DNA from: Antechinus flavipes
Lineage: Eukaryota
Direction of reading: 5' to 3'
NCBI RefSeq assembly: GCF_016432865.1
Contig: NC_067403.1
Coordinates: 255,440,001 to 255,504,000 of the forward strand
Length of the DNA stretch: 64,000 bases
Shown here: in pieces, positions 46,514-57,276 of the stretch
Numbering within the stretch: position 1 is the stretch's first letter
How the letters are laid out: every line of letters starts with the position of its first letter
Program-made: the position numbers and the translations under genes
Notes under the pieces: model-generated
The model's input: only the letters and a program-made list of their open reading frames with translations
Told to the model about the DNA's origin: nothing
Database searches by the model: none

Positions 46514-47554
46514 TCTCCATCAGAGTGCAACGCCAGCCTCTTGACAAGAGGAAGGTTCCATTTTTGTCTTTTTGCATCCTCAGTGTGTACAGCTCAATGG
46601 CTGGTATACAGTAGAAATGTAATAAATGCTCCATCAACTTCTACCTCGTGACCTTGGGCAATCACTTCGCCTCCCTGAGCCTCAGTTTTCTGTAAAACAA
46701 TGGGTTTGTTGGACTCGTCTGCCCCCCGGCCCCCACGTTAGGGCTCTCTCGCAGTCCTTCTCACCCACGCCCTCTCATGACCAGCTTCGCACGGTGCCTG
46801 GCACATAGTAGGCGCTTTGCCCTTCCGGACGATGCTCTCCTCTTTCCCCATCGGTTTTCACACTGAAACCCGGCCCATCCCTCGAGGTTCCCCTCCTCCT
46901 CCCAGGAGGCTGCTGCCCCGGCCCTGCAGCCCAGAAGGGACTTCTCCCTCCTTGAACTCCCACGATACCTTGTTTTTTTACCAAGTTATTTCCCCAGATG
47001 TTTCTCATGCTCTTCCTGGAGAACTTTCCCGTGACCTTTAAAGCCCCCCACAGGGAGACCCGCGTTCCAACCTGCCTCAGATGCTGCCTAGCTGTGTGGT
47101 CTCAGGCCAGTCACTTTCCCCTTTGAGCCCCAGTTTTCTCATCTGGAAAGGGGGGAGATGGTAGCAGCCCCTCCCCTGGTTGGGAGGCTCGGGGTGATCC
47201 GGGTACCTCGGTGACAATGGTGGTCTGAACTGTGGTGAGGTTGTAGACCCAGCCTTCCCGACAAGCCTCCGTCTCATTGGTAGCGTTGCCCCGGGGGCGA
47301 AGGCAGGTCTCCGGCTGCCCCCCGGCCTCCGCCGGCCACGGCTCGCTGGGGCTCCTGCAGTGATGGTCGGGGGTGGAGGCCGTGAAGTTCTGGAGGAACC
47401 CGTGGGTGCCCACGAAGGCAAAAGGCACGAACAAGATGGCCAGGTGGACCATCTGGAAGCGACCCCACCCTCCCACCTGCTCCAGCAGGCTCCCCAGCCC
47501 CTTTGCCTTCCTCCCCGTCCCCCCTTCCGCTCCCGGGGCCCCGTTCCTGCCCAT
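41947..47554 (-). CDS. SLC22-family (organic anion transporter-like, MFS) protein; 10 exons, ~551 aa (516 aa if intron 9 is read through)
   Basis: Family motifs LLEQVGGWGRFQ, QNFTA-TPDHHC, GWVY-TIVTEWDLVC, GGLADRLGRR, EWTP, WLPESVRWL, DLFRT, LGRR, SEVFPTSLR and FLPETRGAPLPDT. Exons, all GT-AG and phase-consistent with no stops: 47207-47554, 45644-45747 (104), 45341-45495 (155), 44944-45112 (169), 44743-44866 (124), 44401-44516 (116), 43307-43524 (218), 42707-42815 (109), 42295-42498 (204), tentative last exon 41947-42055. The exon-size series matches the OAT/URAT1 gene structure as I recall it. The paralogue cannot be named. Confidence 0.9.
42856..42972. repeat. G-rich ~13/26-bp tandem repeat (GGGGATGGGGAGC..)
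   Basis: Directly visible in SLC22 intron 7. Confidence 0.8.
46325..46512. repeat. Compound (CA)n tract with an 84-bp direct duplication
   Basis: CTGTGAGACACACACTGACACACATACACACTTAC occurs at 46363 and again at 46447. Confidence 0.9.
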
Positions 47555-47599
47555 GCTGCCCCAGCCCTCAAGCCGCCCTCCTTGGAACTGACCACACTA

Positions 47600-47700
47600 A
47601 CTCAGGGAGAGCAAGGTCCAGTTTATTCAACCGAGAGACGCTGAGTTACCAGAAGCCAGCTTGGGATGCTGAAAGGTCATAGGGCAAAGGTCACTGGATA
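47600..47700 (-). promoter_or_regulatory. Putative proximal promoter of the SLC22-like gene with overlapping DR1 (HNF4-type) sites
   Basis: AGGTCA-T-AGGGCA-A-AGGTCA at 47674-47693, ~120-140 nt upstream of the ATG. An AT-rich GAATAAA (minus strand) lies at ~47624-47630. Confidence 0.65.
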
Positions 47701-48149
47701 TGGGTATTTGGGGAAGCACAGGATGTGGGGCATGGGGTGAGGGGTCAGAAGCCGAAGATGGGGAGTCGGAATATAAGGGGTGAAGAAGTCTGGGGGGAAG
47801 GGGAAAGGGCTTGGCGGGTGTGGGGTCTGGCCAGGCCAAAGAAAAGGAGGGTGGGGGCAGTTAGAGGAGGAGGGGCTGGGGGTGGGATGCTGGGAAGGAC
47901 TTCAGGAGTGAGACCCAGGGCTGGCAGCCTCACACTCCCCTCCCCATCACTTCAACTAGTTTTTGCTTATTTTTGCAGTAAGTGCCCCTCCTTCTCCCCC
48001 TCGGTGGGCCCCCAGACCGAAGTCCCCATCAATTCGTTTCATCCAGGGAGGGGGCTGACTCTGGCGGGGCGGGGTTAGTCATCCCTCTCCCCCGCCCCCC
48101 TCAATTCCAATCTGGCCCTTTAATCCGGAGACTATGATGTCACCGAAGA

Positions 48150-49800
48150 CTGTGCAGAAGGGCGGGGGACTGCAGGAGTCGGGCTGACTTCATTTCCCGG
48201 CAGCCTCAAGAGAACTACATCTCCCAGCGGCCCCTGGCTTGACCGACTCCGGTTAACCCTTTGGCTGCTGGCTCTCCCGGGGACCGACGTTCTGATGGCA
48301 TCGAGTAGCCTCCCAGGCAGCGGGAGGAGAGGCTGTGGGCTCTGGTGTAGGGAGCTCCCGGGAGCCCGAGCGTCCCCAAATGCAGTCGACAAACATGGCT
48401 TGAGTCGAGCCCTGCGCGTGTGCGCGGAGAAAGGGACTGAGAGGCCGGCCGGCAGCAGGAGTCCCTGGAGAAGCTCCCGTCCAGTGGGGAACTAGAGCAG
48501 GGCAGGGCTGAGAACGCCTTCGAGCCCAAGTGCCACGAAATCACGTGGGATAGCGGGGACCCGGAGGACAGAAAGCGAAACTGAGTCCCGGGGTGGGGGG
48601 AGGGAGCGCTGCCCCGGAGCAAAGCCTCTTCCCTCGGGTCGGGCTGGCCGCCCCGGGGGCTTTCTGAGGAGGGGGCAGGGCCTTGAAGGACAGTTAGGGC
48701 TCCCCGCCAGGCGCTCGCGGGTTCCCCCGAAGCCAGGCGGCTTTCCTCGCAGAGCGCAGGCCTGGGGCACGCAAAAGGGGAGTCGGGCGGAGAGGGGGGA
48801 CGTTCGGGACTCCTTTTCCGGGTGGGGAAACCCGGGAGGGGGAGGGGCAAATGAGCCGTGCGGGTCCCAGAGGCCGGGGGGACGGAATCGGATTTTGACA
48901 GAGCTCGCAGACTTCCCGGCTCTTTTACAAAGGGGCGAACTGAGTCCCAGGGAACGGGAGGAACTTGCCTCGCCCAGGTGGCAGGATTTGATTTCAAGCC
49001 CCTCACCCCGGAGCCCGTCCTCCTCCCGCCCCGCGCCCCCCGCCTGTCCGCGGCGGAGCTGGACCCACGGGCCGGCAGCGCCCACGGCGCGGGCTGGGGA
49101 GCGGGGCTCCGGCTGCCGGGCGGCCGGCGCCTTTAAGTCGGGAAGGACTACATTTCCCGGGCCGCCCGGGCCGCGCTGACGCAGCCCCCCCTCCCCTCCC
49201 CCGCGGGGAGGCGCAGGGCGGGCGGGGGGAGGTGACTTGATGTCATTCTGAGCAGCTGGGGCGGCCGGTGCAGGCAGGCGGAGCGCACGGAGCTCCCGGC
49301 CCCCTCCCCGCCGCCCGCCAGCGCCCCCCAGAGCCGGGAGCGGGGCCCCCCGCAGTCGCAGGGGCCACAGGGGAAGGGGGGATCAGCAGCAGCTCCGGCA
49401 GGCGCCCCTTCTTCCCCTTCCCTGCGATTGCTCCCCAGGACCCCGGCGCTCGGAGCTCCCCGCACGCACCCCGAGCCCGGGCTCAGCCCCAGCCCTGGCC
49501 CCGGCCCCGGCCCCGGGAGGGGGGGGGTGCGTGCGGTGGGGGATGCCCCAGCGCCCGCAGGGGACCCCCGGCCTCGGGCTTCCCCAGCTGGGACGGACCC
49601 CCAGGGGTGCTGCCTCCGCTCTCCATCCCAGGCCGGAGCGGGGCCGGACCCTCGTCGTGCACCCTGACCCCTGAGGGGGGGCTCTAGCCGAGGATCCCAC
49701 CCGGCCTCGGGGGCCCCAACACTTGGGCCCCGGGAGGTGAGTGAGTGGCCCGGCTCCGGCTTTGGGTACGTTCCTCTTCAGCCACGCTCGGACCTCGGAT
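48150..49800 (+). promoter_or_regulatory. PPP2R5B: PPP2R5B CpG-island promoter and non-coding first exon (donor at 49736/49737; exon 2 acceptor at 49906/49907)
   Basis: CpG-rich. ZNF143/SBS-like motifs AACTACATCTCCCAGC (48213-48228) and GACTACATTTCCCGGG (49146-49161). Donor GAG|GTGAGT and acceptor CTCTAG|G. Confidence 0.7.
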
Positions 49801-50227
49801 GAAGATTAACCGTTTCTCTCCCTGGTCTTTCTCTCCCTGGTCTTCTCCTCCCTCCCCGCTCCGGCCCCCTCCCTCCCTCTCTCCACCGCCTCTGTTTCTG
49901 CTCTAGGATCATTCTACCTCGACTTCCCCTCAATAAGAACTCTGTAACCAGCTTCTCCTGCCCCTCCCCCAAGGGCCTGCCACCTGAGGACCCCCCTCTT
50001 CTAGCTGCCCCCCAGGGACTGACTGGTTGCTTGGTAGGGCCCTGGGGGGGAGGCAGGGGGCGTAGTTCTTGTCTCTGAGCCCCTCGTTACCAGGTCCGTA
50101 CCCTGGCCAGCATGGGTCAGCCAGGGGCTCCCTGTTAGCCAGGACTTTGGCAGAGTAGGCATCTGGTAGTGGGGGGACACCTTCCCCTCCCCCCGTGCCC
50201 CCCGACGCTGCGGCCCCCTTAGTCACC

Positions 50228-53200
50228 ATGGACACCAAGCTGCCCCCAGCGAGCACCCCGACCAGCCCTTCCTCCCCCGGGCTGTCCCCAGTCCCCCCGC
50301 TGGACAAAGTAGACGGCTTCTCTCGGAGGTCCCTCCGGCGGGCCCGGCCCCGGCGCTCCCACAGTTCTTCCCAGTTCCGATACCAGAGCAACCAGCAGGA
50401 GCTCACCCCCCTGCCGCTGCTCAAGGGTGAGTGGGCCCGGGGCTGGGAGGGACCCGCTGCTCTGCCCCCAGGGCGCTGCCCCTGCTCGGGCTGGGCCGAG
50501 TCTGCTGACGCACGTTGGGTTCTGCCTGTCATGGATGGAGCCGGGCCTGCCTCGGGGTCGCCCAGCGGGGCTTCCCTCGGTCGGGGACATCCCGGCCGGG
50601 CCAGGCCGGTTCTGCCGATGCCGGGGGCTCACGGGCCCCGAGAGCTCCTGAGAGTGTGTGCTCAGCCGGGATCCCCCGGGCGCCGCTCCTAGCTCCGGCT
50701 CACCCTCCCGGGGGACGCCGAGACTGTTTACCTGCTCCTGGCCCTGCTGCCGGCTGCCGGCCCGAGTGGGCTGGGGCAGAGGGAGCCGGGAGCAGCGGCT
50801 GCCCCGGGAAGCCCGGGGATCCCGGGCCAGATTTTACTTCTAAAAACTTGCTACCTTCCAGGGAAGGGAAAACGAGAGGCAGGAGAAGGGACGTGGGTGT
50901 CCGGGCAGGGTCCAGGAGGGCAGGGGCAGCAGTGGGAGGCCGGCCTGGGCGGGAGGGAGCGGGGCCCGGGACGCCCCCCTCTGGCCTGGCCGCGCTGCTG
51001 GGGTCCGGCCCCGGGGCTCAGGCCGGCGGCGGTTCCCCCCCCAGATGTGCCGGCCTCGGAGCTCCACGACTTGCTGAGCCGGAAGCTGGCCCAGTGTGGG
51101 GTCCTCTTCGACTTCCTGGATTGTGTGGCCGACCTGAAGGGGAAAGAGGTGAAGCGGGCGGCCCTCAACGAGCTGGTGGAGTGCGTGGGGGGCACCCGGG
51201 GCGTCCTCATCGAGCCGGTGTACCCCGACATCATCCGCATGGTGAGCGGGCTGCGGCGGGGCGGTGGGGGCGTCGAGGCCGGCCCAGGTGCCTCGGGTTT
51301 AAGTGCAAGGACTGGTCCGGGGTCACACGTTCCGGGCCCGGGTCCCTGACGCCCCAACTAGCCAGCTTTGGAAGGGCCCTCGCTGAGCGCCCCCGACCCT
51401 CCCTCTTAGATCTCGGTGAACATCTTCCGGACGCTGCCGCCCAGTGAGAATCCCGAGTTTGACCCTGAGGAGGATGAACCCAACCTGGAACCTTCCTGGC
51501 CACACCTGCAGGTATCCGGGCCCTGGGCACACGGCCCCCTTCTCCCCCCTCGCCAGCTGGCAGTACCCGGGTACCCGGGGCTGTGGGCTCGGAGGTCCGG
51601 ACGCTGCAGCCCGGCAGCAGGCCTGGGGCCCTGGGCTCACGGCCCCCTTCTCCCCCCTCGCCAGCTGGTCTACGAGTTTTTCCTGCGTTTCTTGGAGAGT
51701 CCGGACTTCCAGCCCTCAGTGGCCAAGAGATACGTGGATCAGAAGTTCGTGTTGATGGTGGGTGAGGCTGGAGCCCAAGGGCCTGGCGCTCTGAGGCCGG
51801 CTGGGGGGGGGGCTGGGGAGCAGCCCCTGGGGGTCCGGATGGAGGGACCCCCGGCCAAGGGAGGGAGGGAAGGAGTGGGCCTTGAGGCTGCCTGGGGCCT
51901 CCCCTCCGCCAGCCCTGGCCCTGACCTTGGGCCCCACAGCTCCTGGAGCTGTTCGATAGCGAGGACCCCCGGGAGCGCGAGTACCTCAAAACCATCCTGC
52001 ACCGCGTCTACGGCAAGTTCTTGGGCCTTCGCGCTTACATCCGAAAGCAATGCAACCACATCTTCCTGCGGTGAGCGAGGAAGCCCCTGCACCGGGGAGG
52101 GGGTGCGGGGGGGGGGGGGGCACAAGCACGCAGGGTGGAGGAGCGTGGCTGGGGGGCAGGGAGGGCTCCGCCCTTACCTTCCCCCTAACCTCTCCCCCTC
52201 TCTCCAGGTTCATCTACGAGCTGGAGCACTTCAATGGCGTGGCCGAGCTGCTGGAGATCCTAGGGAGGTAAGTGGGAGCCACAGCCCCAGTCAGACCGAG
52301 GTAGCTGCTCCCAGGGAGCTGTCCAGCGTCTGAGCCACCGGGATTCTCCTCCCTCCTCCTCCTTCCTTCTGCCTCCTCCCTCCTATTCCTCATGCCCTAT
52401 TTCCTTCTCTCTATCCCTCCTCCCCTTCTTCCTCCCTTCTTCCTTCCTTCCCTCCTCCTTTCTTCCTTTTTTTTTCCTAGCCTTCCTCCTTCCCCTCTCC
52501 TCCTCTTTGCCTTTCTCCTTTCCTCCTGCTTTCCTCCCTCTTCACCCCTTCTTCGTTCCTTCCCTTCGTCCCTTCTTCCCTTTTTCCCACTTCCCTTTCT
52601 TCCTCTCCTCCCTTCTCTCCCCTTCTGCTCCCTTTTTCCCTTCTTCTCTTTTCCTTCTCTCTTCCCTCCTTCCTGTTTCCTCCTCTCTCTCCCTCTCCCT
52701 CCTGTTCCCTTCCCTTCCCCCTCATCCTTTTGCCCTCACGCGTCCTCCCTCCTCCACAGCATCATCAATGGCTTTGCTTTGCCCCTGAAGACTGAGCACA
52801 AGCAGTTCTTGGTCCGCGTGCTGATCCCCCTACACTCAGTCAAATCTCTCTCCAACTTCCATGCCCAGGTGAGCCCCTTCCCTCCCCTCCCCCCGGTTCC
52901 CGTCCCCTGGATGGAACCAAAGGCTCGGGCCCGAAAGGGGCTCCAAGGCCCCGCGGCCGAGCCCTTCTCTCCCCGTGACCTTCAGAGGGCAACGGCTGCG
53001 CCCCGAGGCCAACAGGAGGCGGATCTGAACGTCTTAGGGGGGCATCCGGGGGCAGTGGAAAGGGGCCGACCATTGCCCGGCAGGACGTTGGGCCCGTCTG
53101 GGTCTCAGTTTCCTTATCTGGGCGATGGGGGCAGGGGGCTGCTGATTGACCTCCCCCCTCCTGACGGCCCCCCCGCCTCTGCAGCTGGCGTACTGCGTGG

Positions 53201-56200
53201 TGCAGTTCCTGGAAAAGGATGCGACCCTGACCGAGCACGTGAGTGACCAGGGCGCCGCATCCTCCCTGGGGGGCGGGCGGCCTCCGCTCCCTCCTCTGAC
53301 CCCCCTCTGCCCCGCAGGTGATCCGGGGATTGCTCAAATACTGGCCCAAAACCTGCACCCAGAAGGAGGTACCGGGGAAGCTGCTGCAGGGACGGGGGGG
53401 GGGGGGGCATCTCCGGGGGGGGGGGGCATCTCCGGCGAGGGGGGACTGAAGGCCGCCCGTCCGCAGGTGATGTTCCTGGGGGAGATGGAGGAGATTCTGG
53501 ACGTCATCGAGCCCTCCCAGTTTGTCAAGATTCAAGAACCCCTCTTCAAACAGATTGCTCGCTGTGTCTCCAGCCCCCACTTCCAGGTATGGGGGGAGGG
53601 CAGGGCGGTGCCTCAGATCCGGCCCCGGACAGCACCTCGGAGCCCCCTGTCACCTGGGGGGAGACACAGGAAGGACCCGGGGGGTCACCGGGTCCAGCTT
53701 CTTTGTTTACAGATGGGGAAACTGAGGCCCAGAAAGGCGGGGCCCGAGAGGAGGCCCTTAGACCAGGGGGACAAGAGATCCGTGTCCTTAGTCCAGGAAT
53801 AGCCCCTTCCTTGCCCTTCACCACGTGGGTGACGTTGCGCCCCGTCAGTGCCATCTCTGTGCCTCGCTTTCCCCATAAGGGTGGGAGTCGGCCCTGGAAG
53901 TTTCTAACCCGTCACTGTGAGTCGCCGGCAGCCCCGGCCTCTCTGGGCCTGTCTCTAAAACCAGAGAGTTGGGCCGGGTGCGGTCGGAGTCGGCTCCCAC
54001 TCGACAGGGCGCCTGGGGAGCGCGGGGGGCCGGCTTTGGCGCTGCCCTCTGCGGGCCTCAGTTTCCCCCGTGTTCCGGCCCAGATCTAGACCCCTGGGAC
54101 GGACCCCCCGAGGGGGCCGGGGAGGGGCTTCGGCCCAGCCCCCGCTCACCGGGCGCCCCTTCCCCAGGTTGCAGAGCGGGCTCTGTATTTCTGGAACAAT
54201 GAATACATCCTGAGCCTCATTGAGGACAATTGCCACACCGTGCTGCCTGCTGTGTACGGGACCCTCTACCGCGTCTCCAAGGAGCATTGGAACCCGTGAG
54301 TGCCCGCGGGACCGACTGCCCCCTCCCCCCCGCCCAGGCCCAACGTCCTGGGCCAGCCCTGGCTGAGTGCCCGCCGTGTGCCCGGCCCCGGGCCCCGAGA
54401 AAGGCAAAGCAGCTACCGGGAGGAGTGGGGTCGGTGCAGGGGGCGCCCGATGGAAATGCGGGAGCGGCAGGGCCGGAGCCCCGGGGTGCAGGAACTACAG
54501 GTGGGGGCGGCCAGAGCCAGGATCTCACCTTTGAGTCTGGGGGTCATGGGGAGCCCGGGGATTGTTGAAGGGGGAAAGGGATGGTGTGGGGGACGTGATC
54601 AGAGCTGCCCCTTGGCACCGCAATGTGACAGCTGAGTGAAGGGGGGGGCAGGGATGGCCTGTGTCCTAAGGCTCTCCCAGCCCTGACACCCCCTGTTCTA
54701 GGTCCCTCCCAGCCCTGACATTCCATGTTCTAAGGCTCTGACATCCCTGTTCCAAGCTCTCCTAGCTCTTACATTCCCAGTTCTAAGCCTTCTCCCAGCC
54801 CTGACACCCCCTGTTCTAAGTCCCCAGCCCTGACATTCCATGTTCTAGGTCCCTCCCAGCCCTGACACCTCCTATTCTAGGTCCCTCCCAGCCCTGACAC
54901 CCCCTGTTCTAGGTCCCCGGCCTCCGGCCCATCTCAGAACTCTAGAGCTCGGCAGCCAAGGCCGCCCTGAGCCCAGCGCGCTGGCTCCTCACTCCCTCCG
55001 AGGGGGAACGCGGGCCCTGCTTGCGGACCTCCAGGGATGGGGGTCGCCCCTTCCGGATCAGCCGGATTGTCGGGAATCCGTCCCTGACTCCGGCCACAGG
55101 GGGCTCCCTCTCCCCCTCCTCACTGCCCCCGGCCAGCCCTCGGGCCCAAACCCACGGAGCCGGTCCCTTGCCTGGGATTCCCTCGGATGCTCCGGCCCCC
55201 CAGGAGGCCGCCCGCGCCCCGTTTCTTTGTGAGCCACGGATGGGAAGCCCTCCCTCCTGGCTGCCCCCCCCACTGGACCTTCTGCAGCTCTTCACTGCCC
55301 TCCTAGAGCCCAGGGCTTCAGTGGGGACCCCCAGGGCGGGGCCCAGCAGGCCTACGGCCCCTCATCCTCCAAGCTTTCCTCTCTGTGCAACCCAGGGTCC
55401 CGGCAGCTTTCTCCGATGCCCCATCCCACTCATTCACACTCCACTAAGACCGCCGGGTCTTTTTCAGATGGGTGATATTTAGCAATGTCTCCCATGCCTC
55501 ATGAAAATAATTTCTCGAGCCCTGGGCTAGAACTGGCTCCGACATTTAGCACCCGGTGACTTTGTGTAGGTCCCCGAACCTCTCTGGGGCTCATTTTTCT
55601 CCTCTGTCAAATGAGACGTGAGCTCTGAGGTCGCGTAAAGCCCTCCCCTCACCCCCGTGGCTTCTCTGCTCTGGGTTCTGGGTTCGAAAGCTGGGTCCGT
55701 TCCGAGAAATGGAGCTTTGTTGCTGAGGGAGGCCGGGGGGGGGGGGGCACTGCCCTCCTGTTTCCTGCCCAAGTCAGAGCCTGTCTGAGGGCTCGGCTCC
55801 AGGGGCGGGAGTCGGGATTTTCTCCTGGAAAAGACTTGGGGGAGCACTGGGGCGGGAGGACCGGCGAGTCACCGGCAGGAGGGATCAGCGTTGGCCATCG
55901 TGGCCTGAGAGGCAAAAGTGGGAGAGCATGAGGGCAATTAGCGGGGGTGTGGGAGGGGCTCTGTGCCACCGAGGGAGGCCTTTAGGTGTGGGATGGCTGC
56001 CTCTCACTGACGGAGGCCTTCAGGCAAGGACTTGCCCAGGGTCCTGGGTGCTGGGAGGGGGGGGCTGCCCCTGGCCCCGGCTCCCCCTCCGCCTCCCAGG
56101 TCTCACCTCCTGCCCTTCTCCCACCCCCAGGACCATCGTGTCTCTGATCTACAACGTGCTTAAAACCTTCATGGAGATGAACGGGAAGCTGTTCGATGAG

Positions 56201-56706
56201 CTCACGGCTTCTTACAAACTGGAGAAGCAGCAGTGAGTGGGGGGGCAACGGCGCAATGGGCACAGAATGGGACATGGGCATGGGGGAGGGGCCTCAGTGG
56301 GCACAGGGCGGGACGTGGGCATGGGGGGAGGGGCCTCAGTGGGCACAGGGTGGGACGTGGGCATGGGGGGAGGGGCCTCAGTCGGCACAGGGTGGGACGT
56401 GGGCATGGGGGGAGGGGCCTCAGTGGGCACAGGGTGGGATGTGGGCATGGGGGAGGGGCCTCAGTGGGCACAGGTTGGGACATGGGCATGGAGGGTAGGC
56501 CCGGGGGGCACTCGGGCGGGCAAGTGCGCCCCGCTAACTCCTCCTCGCCTCCCCTCGCCCGCTGCAGGGAGCAGCAGAAGGCCCGGGAGCGGCAGGAGCT
56601 GTGGAAGGGCCTGGAGGAGCTCCGGCTGCGGAGGCTGCAGGGGGCGGACGAGCCTCCGCCGCATCGGCCGGGGGCCAGGCCGGCCCCGGGAGGGGAGCAG
56701 AGCTAG
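50228..56706 (+). CDS. PPP2R5B: PP2A regulatory subunit B56-beta; 13 coding exons, 494 aa
   Basis: Starts [24 protein letters not shown] and contains [26 protein letters not shown] and the B56 core. Exons: 50228-50426, 51045-51241, 51410-51511, 51665-51757, 51940-52070, 52208-52267, 52760-52868, 53185-53238, 53318-53368, 53467-53586, 54168-54295, 56131-56232, 56568-56706. Total 1485 nt, frame intact. Confidence 0.97.
52340..52755. repeat. Polypyrimidine (CT-rich) low-complexity tract in a PPP2R5B intron
   Basis: Directly visible. It explains the spurious ORFs 52392-53246 and 52477-52725. Confidence 0.85.
54660..54915. repeat. ~32-bp degenerate minisatellite (CCCAGCCCTGACACCCCCTGTTCTAGGTCCCT)
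   Basis: About 7-8 copies, similar to the reverse complement of the 33-bp unit at 578-1035. Confidence 0.85.
56262..56490. repeat. 42-bp VNTR, ~5.5 copies, in the last PPP2R5B intron
   Basis: Unit GGGGGGAGGGGCCTCAGTGGGCACAGGGTGGGACGTGGGCAT; the spurious ORFs show a 14-aa period. Confidence 0.9.
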
Positions 56707-57240
56707 AGGCCCCCGCCCCCCACATACACACAGGCAGTTGAAGCATTCACCCCAGCCCCACTGCTCCCCACCCCCAGCCCGCCCCCCGGGGGCCACTGCA
56801 AGGCACGACCCCCCACCCGAGCACGGACCTGGGGCCGGAGGGGAGGGGCCGCAGACGGACTTGACGGGCCGAGGGCCCGGGAGCTGTCGGCACAGGGTGG
56901 GCGCTCCCCCGGGCCGGGCTCTGCAGCTTCAGGAGTCCCGTTCCCCCCTCCCCCCCAAGCCCCCGGAACCCCTGCCAGGACCCTGGGAGCACCTCGTGCC
57001 AGCGCGAGGCCTTCCCTCTCTCCCCGCCCACCCCACGGGCTCCAGGCCATATTTATTGCCCTCCCCCGGCCTCAGTCTGGGGCACCCCCTCCCCCCTGCA
57101 GAACTTCTTCCCCTTTTTATTTATTGGGCAGGGAGTAGATAGGGGAGGGGTCGGGGAGAGGGGCTCCCAAGGTCCTGGGGAAGGGGGGTTCCTACATGAA
57201 TCATGATCTGCTCCCTCTTCCCACTCTTGGGGGTGGACTC

Positions 57241-57246
57241 AATAAA
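57241..57246 (+). terminator. PPP2R5B: PPP2R5B polyadenylation signal (AATAAA)
   Basis: First + strand AATAAA I found after the stop codon. Confidence 0.7.
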
Positions 57247-57270
57247 GAGAAAAACTCCGAAGCTGCTCAG

Positions 57271-57276
57271 TTTATT
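57271..57276 (-). terminator. GPHA2: GPHA2 polyadenylation signal (AATAAA on the minus strand)
   Basis: TTTATT on the + strand, ~170 nt past the GPHA2 stop. Confidence 0.7.

Noticed and set aside
41947-47554. Assigning a specific symbol (SLC22A6, A8, A11, A12 or A20) or calling the gene a pseudogene
   Set aside because: It is too divergent to assign by eye. No disabling lesion was found in nine well-defined exons.
52392-53246. 284-aa Phe/Leu/Pro/Ser-rich hydrophobic ORF
   Set aside because: It is a translation of an intronic CT-rich tract that runs into a real PPP2R5B exon.
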